Source: Parcubacteria group bacterium GW2011_GWA2_42_14 (GTDB lineage Bacteria > Patescibacteriota > Minisyncoccia > Sungbacterales > GWA2-42-14). From it: a stretch of DNA of 64,000 nt. A program made the position numbers and the translations under genes. A model generated the notes under the pieces. The model did not search any database. It was not told the origin of the DNA and saw nothing but the letters and a program-made list of their open reading frames with translations. This document shows positions 34,492 to 44,547 of this stretch, piece after piece (the stretch's first letter is position 1; every line of letters starts with the position of its first letter). The DNA lies in NCBI GenBank assembly GCA_000998135.1, contig LCCV01000001.1, positions 72,958 to 136,957 on the forward strand, read 5' to 3'.

Positions 34492-35004
34492 ATGAAAAAA
34501 GCTCTTATTCTTGTTCTTTTACTTATCGGTCTTGCGATTATTGTCCCTGTAATATCGCTCGCTGAAACCGTGGCTGAAAAACCCAATTTGCCTGCTGGTT
34601 ATGAATCTTGGCCAAACAAATACGAAGGCAGCTGCCAAATAAAGCAAGATGAAGGGGTTAGCATGTCAGCATTTGTCAGAACTTTTCCTAAGGAAAAAAG
34701 GGTTGAAGTTGTCTTAACTCTGACGCAAGAAAAAAACTTGTTCTTTGCTACACATGCAATAGGGACAAAAAATGCACCAGATTTTATTAAGAGCTACATC
34801 AAAACTAATACAAAATGGCTAGATATAGATAATCTACCCAAAGGAGACCTGATCCTCATGGAAGAATTCAAACAAAAAAATCAGAAGTTAAACGAATATG
34901 TCGAATCAGTAATGACGAGTGGCGATTGTGGGGAAGATAACATAAAAGGGTTTAAAAAATTTTGGGAGCCTCAGTTTGAATTTGAATCTGGTTCACAAAA
35001 ATAA
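34492..35004 (+). CDS. Secreted hypothetical protein
   Basis: SD AAGGAGG; signal peptide MKKALILVLLLIGLAIIVPVISLA. Confidence 0.75.
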   Translation: MKKALILVLLLIGLAIIVPVISLAETVAEKPNLPAGYESWPNKYEGSCQIKQDEGVSMSAFVRTFPKEKRVEVVLTLTQEKNLFFATHAIGTKNAPDFIKSYIKTNTKWLDIDNLPKGDLILMEEFKQKNQKLNEYVESVMTSGDCGEDNIKGFKKFWEPQFEFESGSQK

Positions 35005-35142
35005 TATTTAAATCCCGCTTCCGCGGGATTTTGTATTGCCTTTATTTTAATTAGTTTCCGCGTAAATCCGCGTTACCATCTGCGTAAATCCGCTTCTACG
35101 AGCCGCAAATGCTGGCTGCAAAAAAATGAAAGTTGCCAAATT

Positions 35143-35568
35143 TTAATACCCATAGAGCAAATAATATTCAAGCGACCAAGAGCCCGAACCCCAAAACAAA
35201 AGTGCCAGTGCTGAAGCAAAATAAATCATATCAAGTTCCCATCCCTTGCCGTCTTTGAGAATATATGGCTCTTTGCCCCATTTAATTTTGGTCAATATAA
35301 CTAAAAATTGTATACAAACGGCCAAAGCCGCAAGCTCGGTTAAAAAACCGACAGCTATCATAATTCCTCCGACAAATTCGGTAAGACCTACGGGCCACGC
35401 CCAAAACCATCCGGGCTTGAACCCAAGCGTTTCCAGCCATCCGGAGAACTGCTCCTTCATCTTGAAAAGCTTGGGATAGCCGTGATAAATAAGGGCAATA
35501 CCTAAAGCAAGGCGCAAAACCAGGGGCGCCCAATCAGGGTCAATGGTGAATAAAAGAGAGGTTAACAT
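35143..35568 (-). CDS. DoxX family membrane protein
   Basis: LRLALG..HGYPKL, EFVGG, GWEL and GSGSWSL motifs. Confidence 0.92.
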   Translation of the reverse strand: MLTSLLFTIDPDWAPLVLRLALGIALIYHGYPKLFKMKEQFSGWLETLGFKPGWFWAWPVGLTEFVGGIMIAVGFLTELAALAVCIQFLVILTKIKWGKEPYILKDGKGWELDMIYFASALALLFWGSGSWSLEYYLLYGY

Positions 35569-35687
35569 GAATCTTGAATCTTGAATCCTAAAACATAATT
35601 AATTTTTAACTATGTTTCATGATAAATGATTCATGGTTTATTGTTTTTATTATACTTCTCCCCGGCATTACCAACAACATTTTCTTA

Positions 35688-35861
35688 TTAAGTTTTTTTT
35701 CCGGCTTTTTCAATTCTTCTTTTTGCCTCTTCAATATGGGTCTTTACCCATAAATCTTTGGTTTTTTTCTCCCGCTTCCTTTTAATCTCTCCGGGGTTTT
35801 TGGGATATTCTTTGGATTTTTCGCCCGTGAAAATATCCAATTGTTCAAATTTTTCTTTCAT
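35688..35861 (-). CDS. Small basic hypothetical protein
   Basis: ATGA overlap with the hydrolase stop. Confidence 0.5.
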   Translation of the reverse strand: MKEKFEQLDIFTGEKSKEYPKNPGEIKRKREKKTKDLWVKTHIEEAKRRIEKAGKKT

Positions 35862-36586
35862 AATGATTTTAGCCATTTAATAACAATATCCATCAACTCC
35901 GAATGCGTTTCAAAAAGTTTGGTACCATGCCCCCCTTCATCAAAAAGCTTAAGCTCTCTAAAAATCTCTTCCGGCAAAACATCATAAAGCTTCTGAACCG
36001 TTTCATAAGAATAATCATCATCTTTGGCCGCTGTCAGATAAATTGCTTTGGTATGATAAACTTTTTTTACCAATTCATCGGTTTTAATTCCGCGATAATT
36101 CAAACCGGGCGATAAAAGAACCGCCGCAGCGGCATCCGCGTGCTCCGCCAAATATTGAAGCGATAAATTCGCCCCGATGGACGCGCCAACCAGATAAATT
36201 TCTTTTGCTCCTTTTGATTTTAAAAATTCTGCTCCGGCTTCAACGTCTAAAATAGATTTTTGATGGTCTTCGTCTTTGAAAAGCTGGTAGCCGGAAAGGC
36301 CCCCTTGCGATTCTCCATGCCCCCTTAAATCAATGGCCAGCCCCTGCCAGCCGGCCTGCTGGATTTTTTCGGCAAAAACCGCAAAACTTTTTCTTACGGC
36401 CGGCATCATGTGCAACATTAAAACGCCGATTTCATTCGGTTTGCTTACTTCAAAAAAATCTCCGACAATTTCAACGCCGTCTTCGGTTTTTAATTTTATA
36501 ACTTCTGATTTTGCCATATTTTTTTCTTCGGCGGGAACTGCTATCTTATCCCCGATGATTTCTTCCGGCTCCTTTCTTAAAAACAA
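35858..36586 (-). CDS. Alpha/beta hydrolase (N-terminal anchor apparently out of frame)
   Basis: DLRGHGES, GASIG and GHGT motifs. Confidence 0.88.
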   Translation of the reverse strand: MFLRKEPEEIIGDKIAVPAEEKNMAKSEVIKLKTEDGVEIVGDFFEVSKPNEIGVLMLHMMPAVRKSFAVFAEKIQQAGWQGLAIDLRGHGESQGGLSGYQLFKDEDHQKSILDVEAGAEFLKSKGAKEIYLVGASIGANLSLQYLAEHADAAAAVLLSPGLNYRGIKTDELVKKVYHTKAIYLTAAKDDDYSYETVQKLYDVLPEEIFRELKLFDEGGHGTKLFETHSELMDIVIKWLKSL

Positions 36587-36719
36587 AAACTCCCGCCATA
36601 ATTATTATAACAGCAATAGCAACAATAAGAAAATTTCTATTAAAAGGCATATTACCTTATTATTTTAATACAAAAAACTAATTCAAAAACAAAAGGCCCT
36701 TTCGGGCCAAAATCTATAA

Positions 36720-38792
36720 TTATTCTTCTTTCTTCGGCTTAATACCGAAGAAAAGGGCATACATCCTGCTGAAAAAATTATTGACGGCATCCATAGCCCT
36801 GAATCCAATAGCCGGTTTCCCGCGAAAATTTGTAAAAAATAGAATGGTGACAAGCGGGAGGATGAGCGAAATAAGTCCGACCGTTATCGTGAGCGGACCA
36901 AGATCATTATAGATGCCCGGTTTTACGATAACATTGTTATTATCATAAACGGGCTTAGTAATCACGAAGGTCTCGTTCAAGTATTTTGTGCCGAGGGTGG
37001 AGGCCGAAAGAGCTAAATTGGTAAATGAAGCCATTACGGCAAAATACGTCGCTTTGTATTTTGCGGGCGCCTCTTTAGAAATCCAGGCGAGCATTGGCAC
37101 CATCGCAAGCTGTCCGAAGGGAGATACCGCGACCGTATCTATGAACGCAATGGTTCTTGCCATGGCATATGGGTCAGAGGAAAAAAACGCCGCCAGCCAC
37201 TTATGCGCTCCGTACACAAGCCCCAAACTCGGCAAGAGAAAAACAGTGTACAAAAAGGTCAGAAAAACAAAAATCCACGTAAGAGATTTTTTAGCCATCA
37301 TGGGACGCAAAACAAAAAGTCCGAAAAGGCCGATAATGGAACTGGCTTGCCCTAGCGTTCCCATGAAATCTTCTTCAAACCGTAAAATTTCAATGTTGAA
37401 GAAACTCATACCGGCGCCGACGGATGGCGTCATGCGATACACGAAGATGACGATAGCGGTACCGATAAGAGTCCGCCGCGTTTCTTTCGGCAGCTCTTTC
37501 GTAACTCTTGCGATAAGCCAGGAAATAATTATAAATGAAACAGCAAAAAGCAGAGTATCGGCGTGCGCTGGCAGCCAAGCGCCGAGACCAAACGGCAAAT
37601 TATTGACATCAAGTCCGCCATCCGCAATAAAGCCGGACAACGGAACAATTTTGAGGTGCCGCTGATAAGTCAGAGACAGGAGGCCCAAGGGAACTACGAA
37701 ACACAATAACATGACGCTTCCGCCCATAATCCACCAGTTCAATTCTTTTTTTTCTTCCGACTCCGGATTGAGCATGGCAACGATCTGTTTCGAGGAGAAA
37801 CCGCGTTCCATAAACTCTTTCTTTTTCTTTCTTCGAATCATGGCCGCGATAACTACGCCGGCCATAGACATCAGGGGAATAAGCATGGCGAGCCAATAAA
37901 TCATTTCATACGACTTGACGCTTGCAAGCCAGCCGCCGGCAGAAAATTTGTAAGCAAAGAAGCTTGAGGCCACCCAATAAACGAAAAAGACAAAGATCCC
38001 AACGACAGCAACATACGCAAATAAAAAAACGATTCTTATAAAATTTATCCTTACTGCCTTAATCTTTCGCCCGATAACCCCACGGCGGTAAACCGCTATT
38101 GCTTCATAGATTGCTACCGCAAGAATCGATAAGAGGAGTACTTTGGTTAGAATAAAGCCGGTTTCTGGGGCTGGCATCTTAGCGAACCATCCGGCTGCGC
38201 CAGCCGTGATGAGCGCCCCAAAAAGAATCGCCGCACGCCCCAAAAGCTGCATAGTAGTATGTTCCGATTTTAGTTCTGCTTCTCCGACCGGTGTTCCGTC
38301 TTGCCCGACCCTTGACACGGCCTCAACAGTCATCGCGTCAGCGACCACATCCTGCAAAATATAGGCAAAAGGCGTTATGAGTGCCGCAACAATGTACCAG
38401 GTTTCCGCGCTCATATATTTCATAATGCCGTCAAAACGATTTCCCGTGAGCCCAACCATAACCGCAAAACTTAAACCCATTAAAACAGCGCCAAAAGCCA
38501 CGAAGACGGCCTTGAAACGCCAAAAACGGTCAACGAGATTGCCCAAGGGCATCTTAAACGCCCACCAGATACCGGCCCAATAACCCAATACCGCGAGAAA
38601 CGCGGCTTCCATCCCAAGGACTTTTGTAACAAAAAACGAGTCAACAACCCCGGTCAGCCCGGACACTCCCGCCGCAAAATAAACCATCAGAGGCGGCAAA
38701 TAACTTAACCGAATTGACTTAACCGGTATTACGAACTCATTAATCCAAATTTTTCTTATTGATTCTAGCGCGGCCTTCAAGAAAACAAGCAT
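36720..38792 (-). CDS. BT1 folate/biopterin transporter family (MFS)
   Basis: YLPPLMVYFAAG, QDVVADAMTVE and KATYFAVMASFTNLAL motifs. Confidence 0.8.
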   Translation of the reverse strand: MLVFLKAALESIRKIWINEFVIPVKSIRLSYLPPLMVYFAAGVSGLTGVVDSFFVTKVLGMEAAFLAVLGYWAGIWWAFKMPLGNLVDRFWRFKAVFVAFGAVLMGLSFAVMVGLTGNRFDGIMKYMSAETWYIVAALITPFAYILQDVVADAMTVEAVSRVGQDGTPVGEAELKSEHTTMQLLGRAAILFGALITAGAAGWFAKMPAPETGFILTKVLLLSILAVAIYEAIAVYRRGVIGRKIKAVRINFIRIVFLFAYVAVVGIFVFFVYWVASSFFAYKFSAGGWLASVKSYEMIYWLAMLIPLMSMAGVVIAAMIRRKKKKEFMERGFSSKQIVAMLNPESEEKKELNWWIMGGSVMLLCFVVPLGLLSLTYQRHLKIVPLSGFIADGGLDVNNLPFGLGAWLPAHADTLLFAVSFIIISWLIARVTKELPKETRRTLIGTAIVIFVYRMTPSVGAGMSFFNIEILRFEEDFMGTLGQASSIIGLFGLFVLRPMMAKKSLTWIFVFLTFLYTVFLLPSLGLVYGAHKWLAAFFSSDPYAMARTIAFIDTVAVSPFGQLAMVPMLAWISKEAPAKYKATYFAVMASFTNLALSASTLGTKYLNETFVITKPVYDNNNVIVKPGIYNDLGPLTITVGLISLILPLVTILFFTNFRGKPAIGFRAMDAVNNFFSRMYALFFGIKPKKEE

Positions 38793-38861
38793 CTATTGTT
38801 TCCTTACGTTATGTCAAAGTACTGATATCTGCTATAACTCAAGCATGTTTTAGAATATCTG

Positions 38862-39326
38862 TCAAGGGCGGTTTTTGGGCAGTGCGTATGCCGCGACCCC
38901 AAAAGCAACGGCAACATTCAACGATTCCTTTTTCCCTTTCATTGGGATTTCTAAAACCTTGTCGCATTGCTTTAAAATTCTGGGCGGAATGCCGGAAACT
39001 TCATTTCCGAGAATTAATACCAGCGGTTTTTTAGGATTATATCGAAATTTTGATATGTCAATATGCCGGGAGCGGTTATTCTCAAGCGCTATAATCAAAA
39101 AACCTTCGCTTTTTAATTTTTTTATCAGGCGCGTTGTGGAAAAAACTTTTTCCCAGGGAATCAAATTTTCCGCGCCCAGCGCGGTTTTAGAAATTTTAGG
39201 ATGAGGTGGAGCGGGCGTGTATCCCGCCAAAAAAATTTTACCAATTCCAAAAGCATCGGAGGTGCGAAAAATGGAACCGACGTTTTCACGAGAACGTATG
39301 TTATGGCAAATTATAAAAAGTTTCAT
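38862..39326 (-). CDS. TrmH/SpoU family RNA methyltransferase
   Basis: NVGSIFRT, GNEVSGI and IPMKGKKESLNVAVA motifs. Confidence 0.93.
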   Translation of the reverse strand: MKLFIICHNIRSRENVGSIFRTSDAFGIGKIFLAGYTPAPPHPKISKTALGAENLIPWEKVFSTTRLIKKLKSEGFLIIALENNRSRHIDISKFRYNPKKPLVLILGNEVSGIPPRILKQCDKVLEIPMKGKKESLNVAVAFGVAAYALPKNRP

Positions 39327-39402
39327 TGTTTTTTTGTAACCATAACTAAAAAATAGCGCAAGCTCAAAACAAATGCAAAAAGGCTAAAAAATTAGCCTTT
39401 TA

Positions 39403-40500
39403 CTATTTTGAAAAAATCCTGGAAATATCGTTGAACACCGCAAAAGCCATGATTAAGAGAAGTATGGCCAAACCGATTCTAAAGAATTTTTCCCGCGTCT
39501 TAATTGATACCGGTTTTCCGCGAACGGCCTCAATAAGCAAAAACGGAATATATCCTCCATCAAGCATAGGAATAGGCAGAAGATTCAAAATGCCCAGGTT
39601 AATGCTGAAAATGGCGGTAAAAAACATGATACCGATAAAACCGGCCGTACTGTAAGCGTTACTTCCGGCCTGACCTATCAAAATGGGCCCGCCCAAAGAA
39701 TCCTTAACGGCAAGCTGTCCCGTCATCAATTTCCAAAACCCCAACCCGACAATTTTCAGCATATTGCTCGTTATGTTAACACCTAATGGAACGGCAGAAA
39801 CAGGGTCTTTAATAAACACCGGATCGGCCGGCTGAATGCCGATAACATAACGCTTTTCACTTTCGCCAAATAAGTTTTTTGTATCCTTCAGCTCCGGAAC
39901 AACATGAATTTCAACCGCGGGAGGCATCCCTTTTGGCAGAACAAAAAAAATTAACTCTTTCTTTTCGTTATTTTTTATGAAATCCGTTAATTCTTCCCAT
40001 TTCCAAACCGAAGTGAACCCATTTCCACTTACGGGAGTTACGATTTCAACACCAATAACAATATCTCCTTTAACCAAACCGGATTTTTCCGCAGGAGAAC
40101 CTGCGACAACTCCGCCAATCTTGGTGGTAAGCGTCGGAATTCCATAAATAAGGTTAGCAAAAACAATAAGGACCAAAGCGAATAAAATGTTAAAAACGGG
40201 ACCGGCAAGACAAATAACAATTCTTTTCCAAACAGGTTTTTTATCAAATGATTTTCCGGAATTGACCGGCTTTTCATCATTATCGCCCTCGCCAGCCATT
40301 TTTACATAACCGCCAAGAGGCACAAGCGACAAAACGTATTCGGTTTCGCCCATTTTTTTTGAAAAAAGCGCCGGGCCAAAACCGATGGAAAATCTTTCCA
40401 CGCCGACACCAAACAATTTCGCAAAAACAAAATGGCCGAATTCATGAACCGCGATAAGAACACCGATAACCAAAACCGCAACAAGAATGCCTGTTATCAC
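39403..40500 (-). CDS. rseP: RIP metalloprotease RseP (M50, PDZ)
   Basis: HEFGH, LGGYVKM, AGPVFN and NLLPIPMLDGG motifs. Confidence 0.93.
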   Translation of the reverse strand: MITGILVAVLVIGVLIAVHEFGHFVFAKLFGVGVERFSIGFGPALFSKKMGETEYVLSLVPLGGYVKMAGEGDNDEKPVNSGKSFDKKPVWKRIVICLAGPVFNILFALVLIVFANLIYGIPTLTTKIGGVVAGSPAEKSGLVKGDIVIGVEIVTPVSGNGFTSVWKWEELTDFIKNNEKKELIFFVLPKGMPPAVEIHVVPELKDTKNLFGESEKRYVIGIQPADPVFIKDPVSAVPLGVNITSNMLKIVGLGFWKLMTGQLAVKDSLGGPILIGQAGSNAYSTAGFIGIMFFTAIFSINLGILNLLPIPMLDGGYIPFLLIEAVRGKPVSIKTREKFFRIGLAILLLIMAFAVFNDISRIFSK

Positions 40501-40571
40501 AGCGCTACTCCATAAGAATTGTAAAGGATACTAAATAAGCGGTAACACGCTATTGAAATTTCTGCAAATTT

Positions 40572-41723
40572 TTAAATTTCGCCGTTTTTGATTCTCTCCC
40601 GGATACCGGCCACGAGATTATTTATAAAATAAAGATTGTGAATGCTTGCCAATCGATAAAAAAGCAATTCTTTTTCTTTGTATAAATGGCGTAAATACGC
40701 TCGGTTAAAATTTTGGCAGGTATAACAACCGCAACCTTCTTCAATTGGTAAGAAATCCTGGCGATATTCAGATTTTTGGATAGAAATTCTTCCTCCTTTT
40801 ACGTATAAAGTACCGTTTCTTGCTTCTCTGGTTGGCGCCACGCAATCAAAAGTATCCACGCCAAGTTTTACAATTTCCGGAATATCTTCAGGGTAACCGA
40901 TGCCCAAAAGATGACGGGGTTTATTGTCAGGCAGGCGCGTATTTATAAATTCAATAAGTTCAAACATCCGTTCTTTGGTTTTTCCCATAGCGCCCCCAAG
41001 GCCGAAGCCGTCAAACGGCAAATTGCTTATAGTTCGCACCGATTCTTCACGCAAATCATTCCACTCTCCTCCCTGAACAATTCCCCAAAGAGCTTGGTCG
41101 TTTCGGGTTTTTGCTTTAATACAGCGCTCGGCCCATCTATGCGTCCTGCCCATCGCTTCTTTTACGTATTCTTTTGAGGCCAACGGCGAAGTGCACTCAT
41201 CAAAAGAAAACATTATGTCAGCCCCGATTGCTTCTTGAATTTCAATTGATTTTTCCGGAGTTAGAACTGTTCTCTTGCCGTCGGGCAGGCGAAAAACAAC
41301 GCCCTCATCCAAAATTTTAATATACTGTGATTCTTTAATGGATTCGGCCTTGACCATTTTTTGCAAATCCTCTCCGGGAAACAAGGTAGAATATCTGCCG
41401 ATTTCATGGTCTTTGCCAAACCCGAGACTGAAAACCTGAAAACCGCCGGAATCAGTCATGGTAATACCTTGCCATCGCATAAAATTATTTAAACCTCCGG
41501 CTTGTTTAATAACTTCATGTGTTTTTGAAGTATAAAGATGGTAAGTATTGGCAAGAACAATTTGCGTTCCGACTCTTTCCAAATCATCCGGCCCCAGCGC
41601 CTTAACCGTAGCTTTCGTCCCCACCGCCACAAAACACGGCGTTTCAATTTTTCCGTGCGGAGTTTCCAAAACCCCGACTCTGGCCAACGATTTTTCCGAT
41701 TTATGAGTAATTGAAAATTGCAT
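40572..41723 (-). CDS. tgt: tRNA-guanine transglycosylase
   Basis: LANTYHL, TDSGGFQVFSL, GIVQGG, DTFDCV, CGCYTC and HNL motifs. Confidence 0.96.
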   Translation of the reverse strand: MQFSITHKSEKSLARVGVLETPHGKIETPCFVAVGTKATVKALGPDDLERVGTQIVLANTYHLYTSKTHEVIKQAGGLNNFMRWQGITMTDSGGFQVFSLGFGKDHEIGRYSTLFPGEDLQKMVKAESIKESQYIKILDEGVVFRLPDGKRTVLTPEKSIEIQEAIGADIMFSFDECTSPLASKEYVKEAMGRTHRWAERCIKAKTRNDQALWGIVQGGEWNDLREESVRTISNLPFDGFGLGGAMGKTKERMFELIEFINTRLPDNKPRHLLGIGYPEDIPEIVKLGVDTFDCVAPTREARNGTLYVKGGRISIQKSEYRQDFLPIEEGCGCYTCQNFNRAYLRHLYKEKELLFYRLASIHNLYFINNLVAGIRERIKNGEI

Positions 41724-41845
41724 ATAACAAACAATAGGGTATTTTTTAAACAACAGCAAACAAAAAACCCGCAAAAAATTACGGGCATAAAAATACTCCA
41801 GTTCAGCACTATTGAAAGATTTCTAAATATATCCCTGACAATCGA

Positions 41846-42142
41846 TTAAAACATTCCGTGTCGGCGAAGCTTCAAACGCAATAACTCTTCCAGAATTTCA
41901 ATTTGTCCGTCTGAAAACAGCTTAGAACCACGAAATCTTCCAATCGCCTCCTTAATCTCTTCCTCATCAACCCCGCGCTCCGAAGACCCTGCTGACGTAG
42001 TCAAATCTAAATCCGTTTCAAGAACCGCCCGGACAAATTTTTTCTGTGTGTCGGTAAAAGCGCCCCTGCGAGAAAGCTCCGACATTACCTCGTCCACCCC
42101 CCTTGAAGAAATATGCGGTTTTATTACATCAAAAAGACCCAT
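41846..42142 (-). CDS. Hypothetical protein
   Basis: ORF; start set at MGLFD. Confidence 0.6.
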   Translation of the reverse strand: MGLFDVIKPHISSRGVDEVMSELSRRGAFTDTQKKFVRAVLETDLDLTTSAGSSERGVDEEEIKEAIGRFRGSKLFSDGQIEILEELLRLKLRRHGMF

Positions 42143-42304
42143 AAATACCATAAATTCCAAAACATAAAATACAAATTATAAAAATTGTATTTTGCGCCCT
42201 AAAAAAGCATTATTAAAAGCACGATTATAATCAATATCCGTTTGTTATTATTATATACCATGCGTTTTTAAATTCAATACAACCACTCTTACCACTCTAC
42301 CACC

Positions 42305-43138
42305 CTACCTAACTTCGTACGTTACACTCACCGTCACTTTCACCTCATTTTGGCCCGGCTCTATGGACGGCGCCGGCGCGGGCATATCCCCCCCTCCTTT
42401 CCCAAACGCCTCCATGGTACGCGCGTAATAAATCGGCGGATATCCTCCAGATTCGGAAAAGCCGGTAATTTTAATCAGGCGCACGCCGAGATCGCGCGAA
42501 AGTTTCTTAGCTGATTCTTTTGCCCTTTCAATGGCAATTTTCTTGGCTTCTTCTTTTAATTTATTTTCATCGTCAATGGAAAACGACGGCCCATTAACCT
42601 CATTTGCCCCGGCGCTTACAACTCCGTCAAGAATATTGCCCACACTATCAAGATTTCTAACCCTTACCTCAAGAGTTGAAGATACCTCATACCCGACGAT
42701 CTTGGGCGGCTCTGGCGGGAGGCAGGGATAAAGCGCTCCTCCAATCAAAGGACAAGGCCGATTATCATACTGATACTGCGGATTAACATTATAATACCTG
42801 GTTTTAATGTCTTTAGCTTCCACGCCATTTTCTTTTAAGAACGCAATAACGTTATTGTATTTTTGGGTATTTTCGTTTTGCGCTGATTTAAGGGTTTTTT
42901 CCTGGCTCCTCACCCCGACCGATAAAACCGCGATATCCGGCACGGCATAAACCGTTCCTTCGCCGGAAACGGAGATTTGAAATTTTTCCGACTCGCGAAC
43001 CGATTTCCACGCATCAACGCCCAAAGCGCCGTAATAAAAGGTATAAACTGCCGCAAAAACGATTACTAAAACAATTAAAAGAATAAAAAGGCGTTTAACG
43101 AGTTTTTTCTGATTATCGCTTAATTCTTGGTAAATCAT
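42305..43138 (-). CDS. SIMPL (DUF541) domain protein
   Basis: ISVSGEG..PDIA, AGANEVNG and IEPGQNEVKVTVSVTY motifs. Confidence 0.92.
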   Translation of the reverse strand: MIYQELSDNQKKLVKRLFILLIVLVIVFAAVYTFYYGALGVDAWKSVRESEKFQISVSGEGTVYAVPDIAVLSVGVRSQEKTLKSAQNENTQKYNNVIAFLKENGVEAKDIKTRYYNVNPQYQYDNRPCPLIGGALYPCLPPEPPKIVGYEVSSTLEVRVRNLDSVGNILDGVVSAGANEVNGPSFSIDDENKLKEEAKKIAIERAKESAKKLSRDLGVRLIKITGFSESGGYPPIYYARTMEAFGKGGGDMPAPAPSIEPGQNEVKVTVSVTYEVR

Positions 43139-43268
43139 TATTATTTAATCCTGAAACATGAATCATATAACATGCTATTAAATACAGATTATATGTTTCA
43201 AGTTTCAAGATACAGGTTTCAACCCCAATGATAACACAATATAAAAAAAGAAACAAAAGGAGCTGCCA

Positions 43269-43697
43269 TTAAGTAGCTCCGCTATTTTTTACTCTGTCTT
43301 CAAACCTCTTTATCATTTCCGCGGCCAAGATTTCTATTTCGGAACGGGAATGCTGTCTGAATATTTCTATAAACATCCTTTCGCGAGCCGGATGCTTTAT
43401 ACTTATGTCCCTCAAAATCTTGGTATCAAGGGTAAAAAAGAAACAAATCAATGATGGAAAATATAAGTCACTTAATTTAATTGCGTAATTAAGAAGTTCC
43501 GGATCTTTCATCCGGTTCAAAATTTTTCCTTTTTCAAAAATATTTTTTCGATTGCCCAAAAAAACTAATTTAGCATTCCCCCTTAACGGGCTGAGGTGTT
43601 TTATCAACCTTCTTTTAGGCATATTAACATCAAAAAAAATAATGTATTTGGGAACCGGCCGATTTGAACAGATCTCTCTTCCGTCAGAACCGTCCAC
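43269..43697 (-). CDS. Hypothetical protein, possibly DUF5615/PIN-like
   Basis: FFDVNMP, KDPELL and FFTLD pattern. Confidence 0.5.
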   Translation of the reverse strand: MDGSDGREICSNRPVPKYIIFFDVNMPKRRLIKHLSPLRGNAKLVFLGNRKNIFEKGKILNRMKDPELLNYAIKLSDLYFPSLICFFFTLDTKILRDISIKHPARERMFIEIFRQHSRSEIEILAAEMIKRFEDRVKNSGAT

Positions 43698-43963
43698 GGC
43701 AACCTTCTTTTATCAAAAGAGCTTTAAGTTGAGCGTAGCAAAATAAAAAAATTTGTCAACCCCGTTAGAAGTCCGGCAGAGCACAAATTTTTGCAAGACA
43801 ATAAAAAGCAAAGTATCTCGCGCCTTACGCCTTCATTAAACAATAGCACAACTTGGGCTTCTGATAAGGCCGGGGGCATAATCATGAACACTTACCAATT
43901 TAAACATAAATATCACGAATATTATTCGTGATATTTATAGGGTATTCGCGTATATTAATATCG

Positions 43964-44173
43964 CTAATCAAACCTTTCCTCCGCAATATGCCTTTTTATT
44001 TCCAAAGCCAGCATTTTTACGTGCTTTTCATCATCCCGTTCAAGAGTTAACCAGAGAATTGAACAATGTTTACAGCCCTTCGACACTTTTTTATAATGAT
44101 TTTTGTATCTCCATAGCGCGTCGTTTTTTTCTGAAAGCGCGTGTACAAGGTCATGATTCCAGTCTTTCATCAT
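43964..44173 (-). CDS. Small ferritin-like helical protein
   Basis: HDLVHALS..LWRY..CKHC..DDEKHV pattern. Confidence 0.7.
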   Translation of the reverse strand: MMKDWNHDLVHALSEKNDALWRYKNHYKKVSKGCKHCSILWLTLERDDEKHVKMLALEIKRHIAEERFD

Positions 44174-44547
44174 TTTTTTAGAAGCTGATTTAACGCTGAT
44201 AAGTACGCGGATTTGACGCTAATTTTTTCAGCGTGTTTTCAGCGTACTCAATCAGCGTTGTTCTGCCTCTATAAATTTTTTAATAATAAACAGCTTATAA
44301 TCAAATAATAAAAAATTTACACGACAATAACAATGTGTTGTTTTATAAAAACTATCCACAGCCAACATTGACCATACAATACAGAAGCACTACCAATAGA
44401 ACTATGACATCGGGAAAGAAAATTCAAAACATAAAATCCTAAATCTTAATTTGAAACCCAAATATAGTATATTAAACAAGTTAAGTGAATTAAGTAAATT
44501 AAGCTTAACCCGCTTAACTCGCTTAATTAACTTAATAAGCTATAACA

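Noticed and set aside
36988-37665. 225-aa + strand ORF and many similar antisense ORFs
   Set aside because: Shadow frames of well-supported genes on the opposite strand
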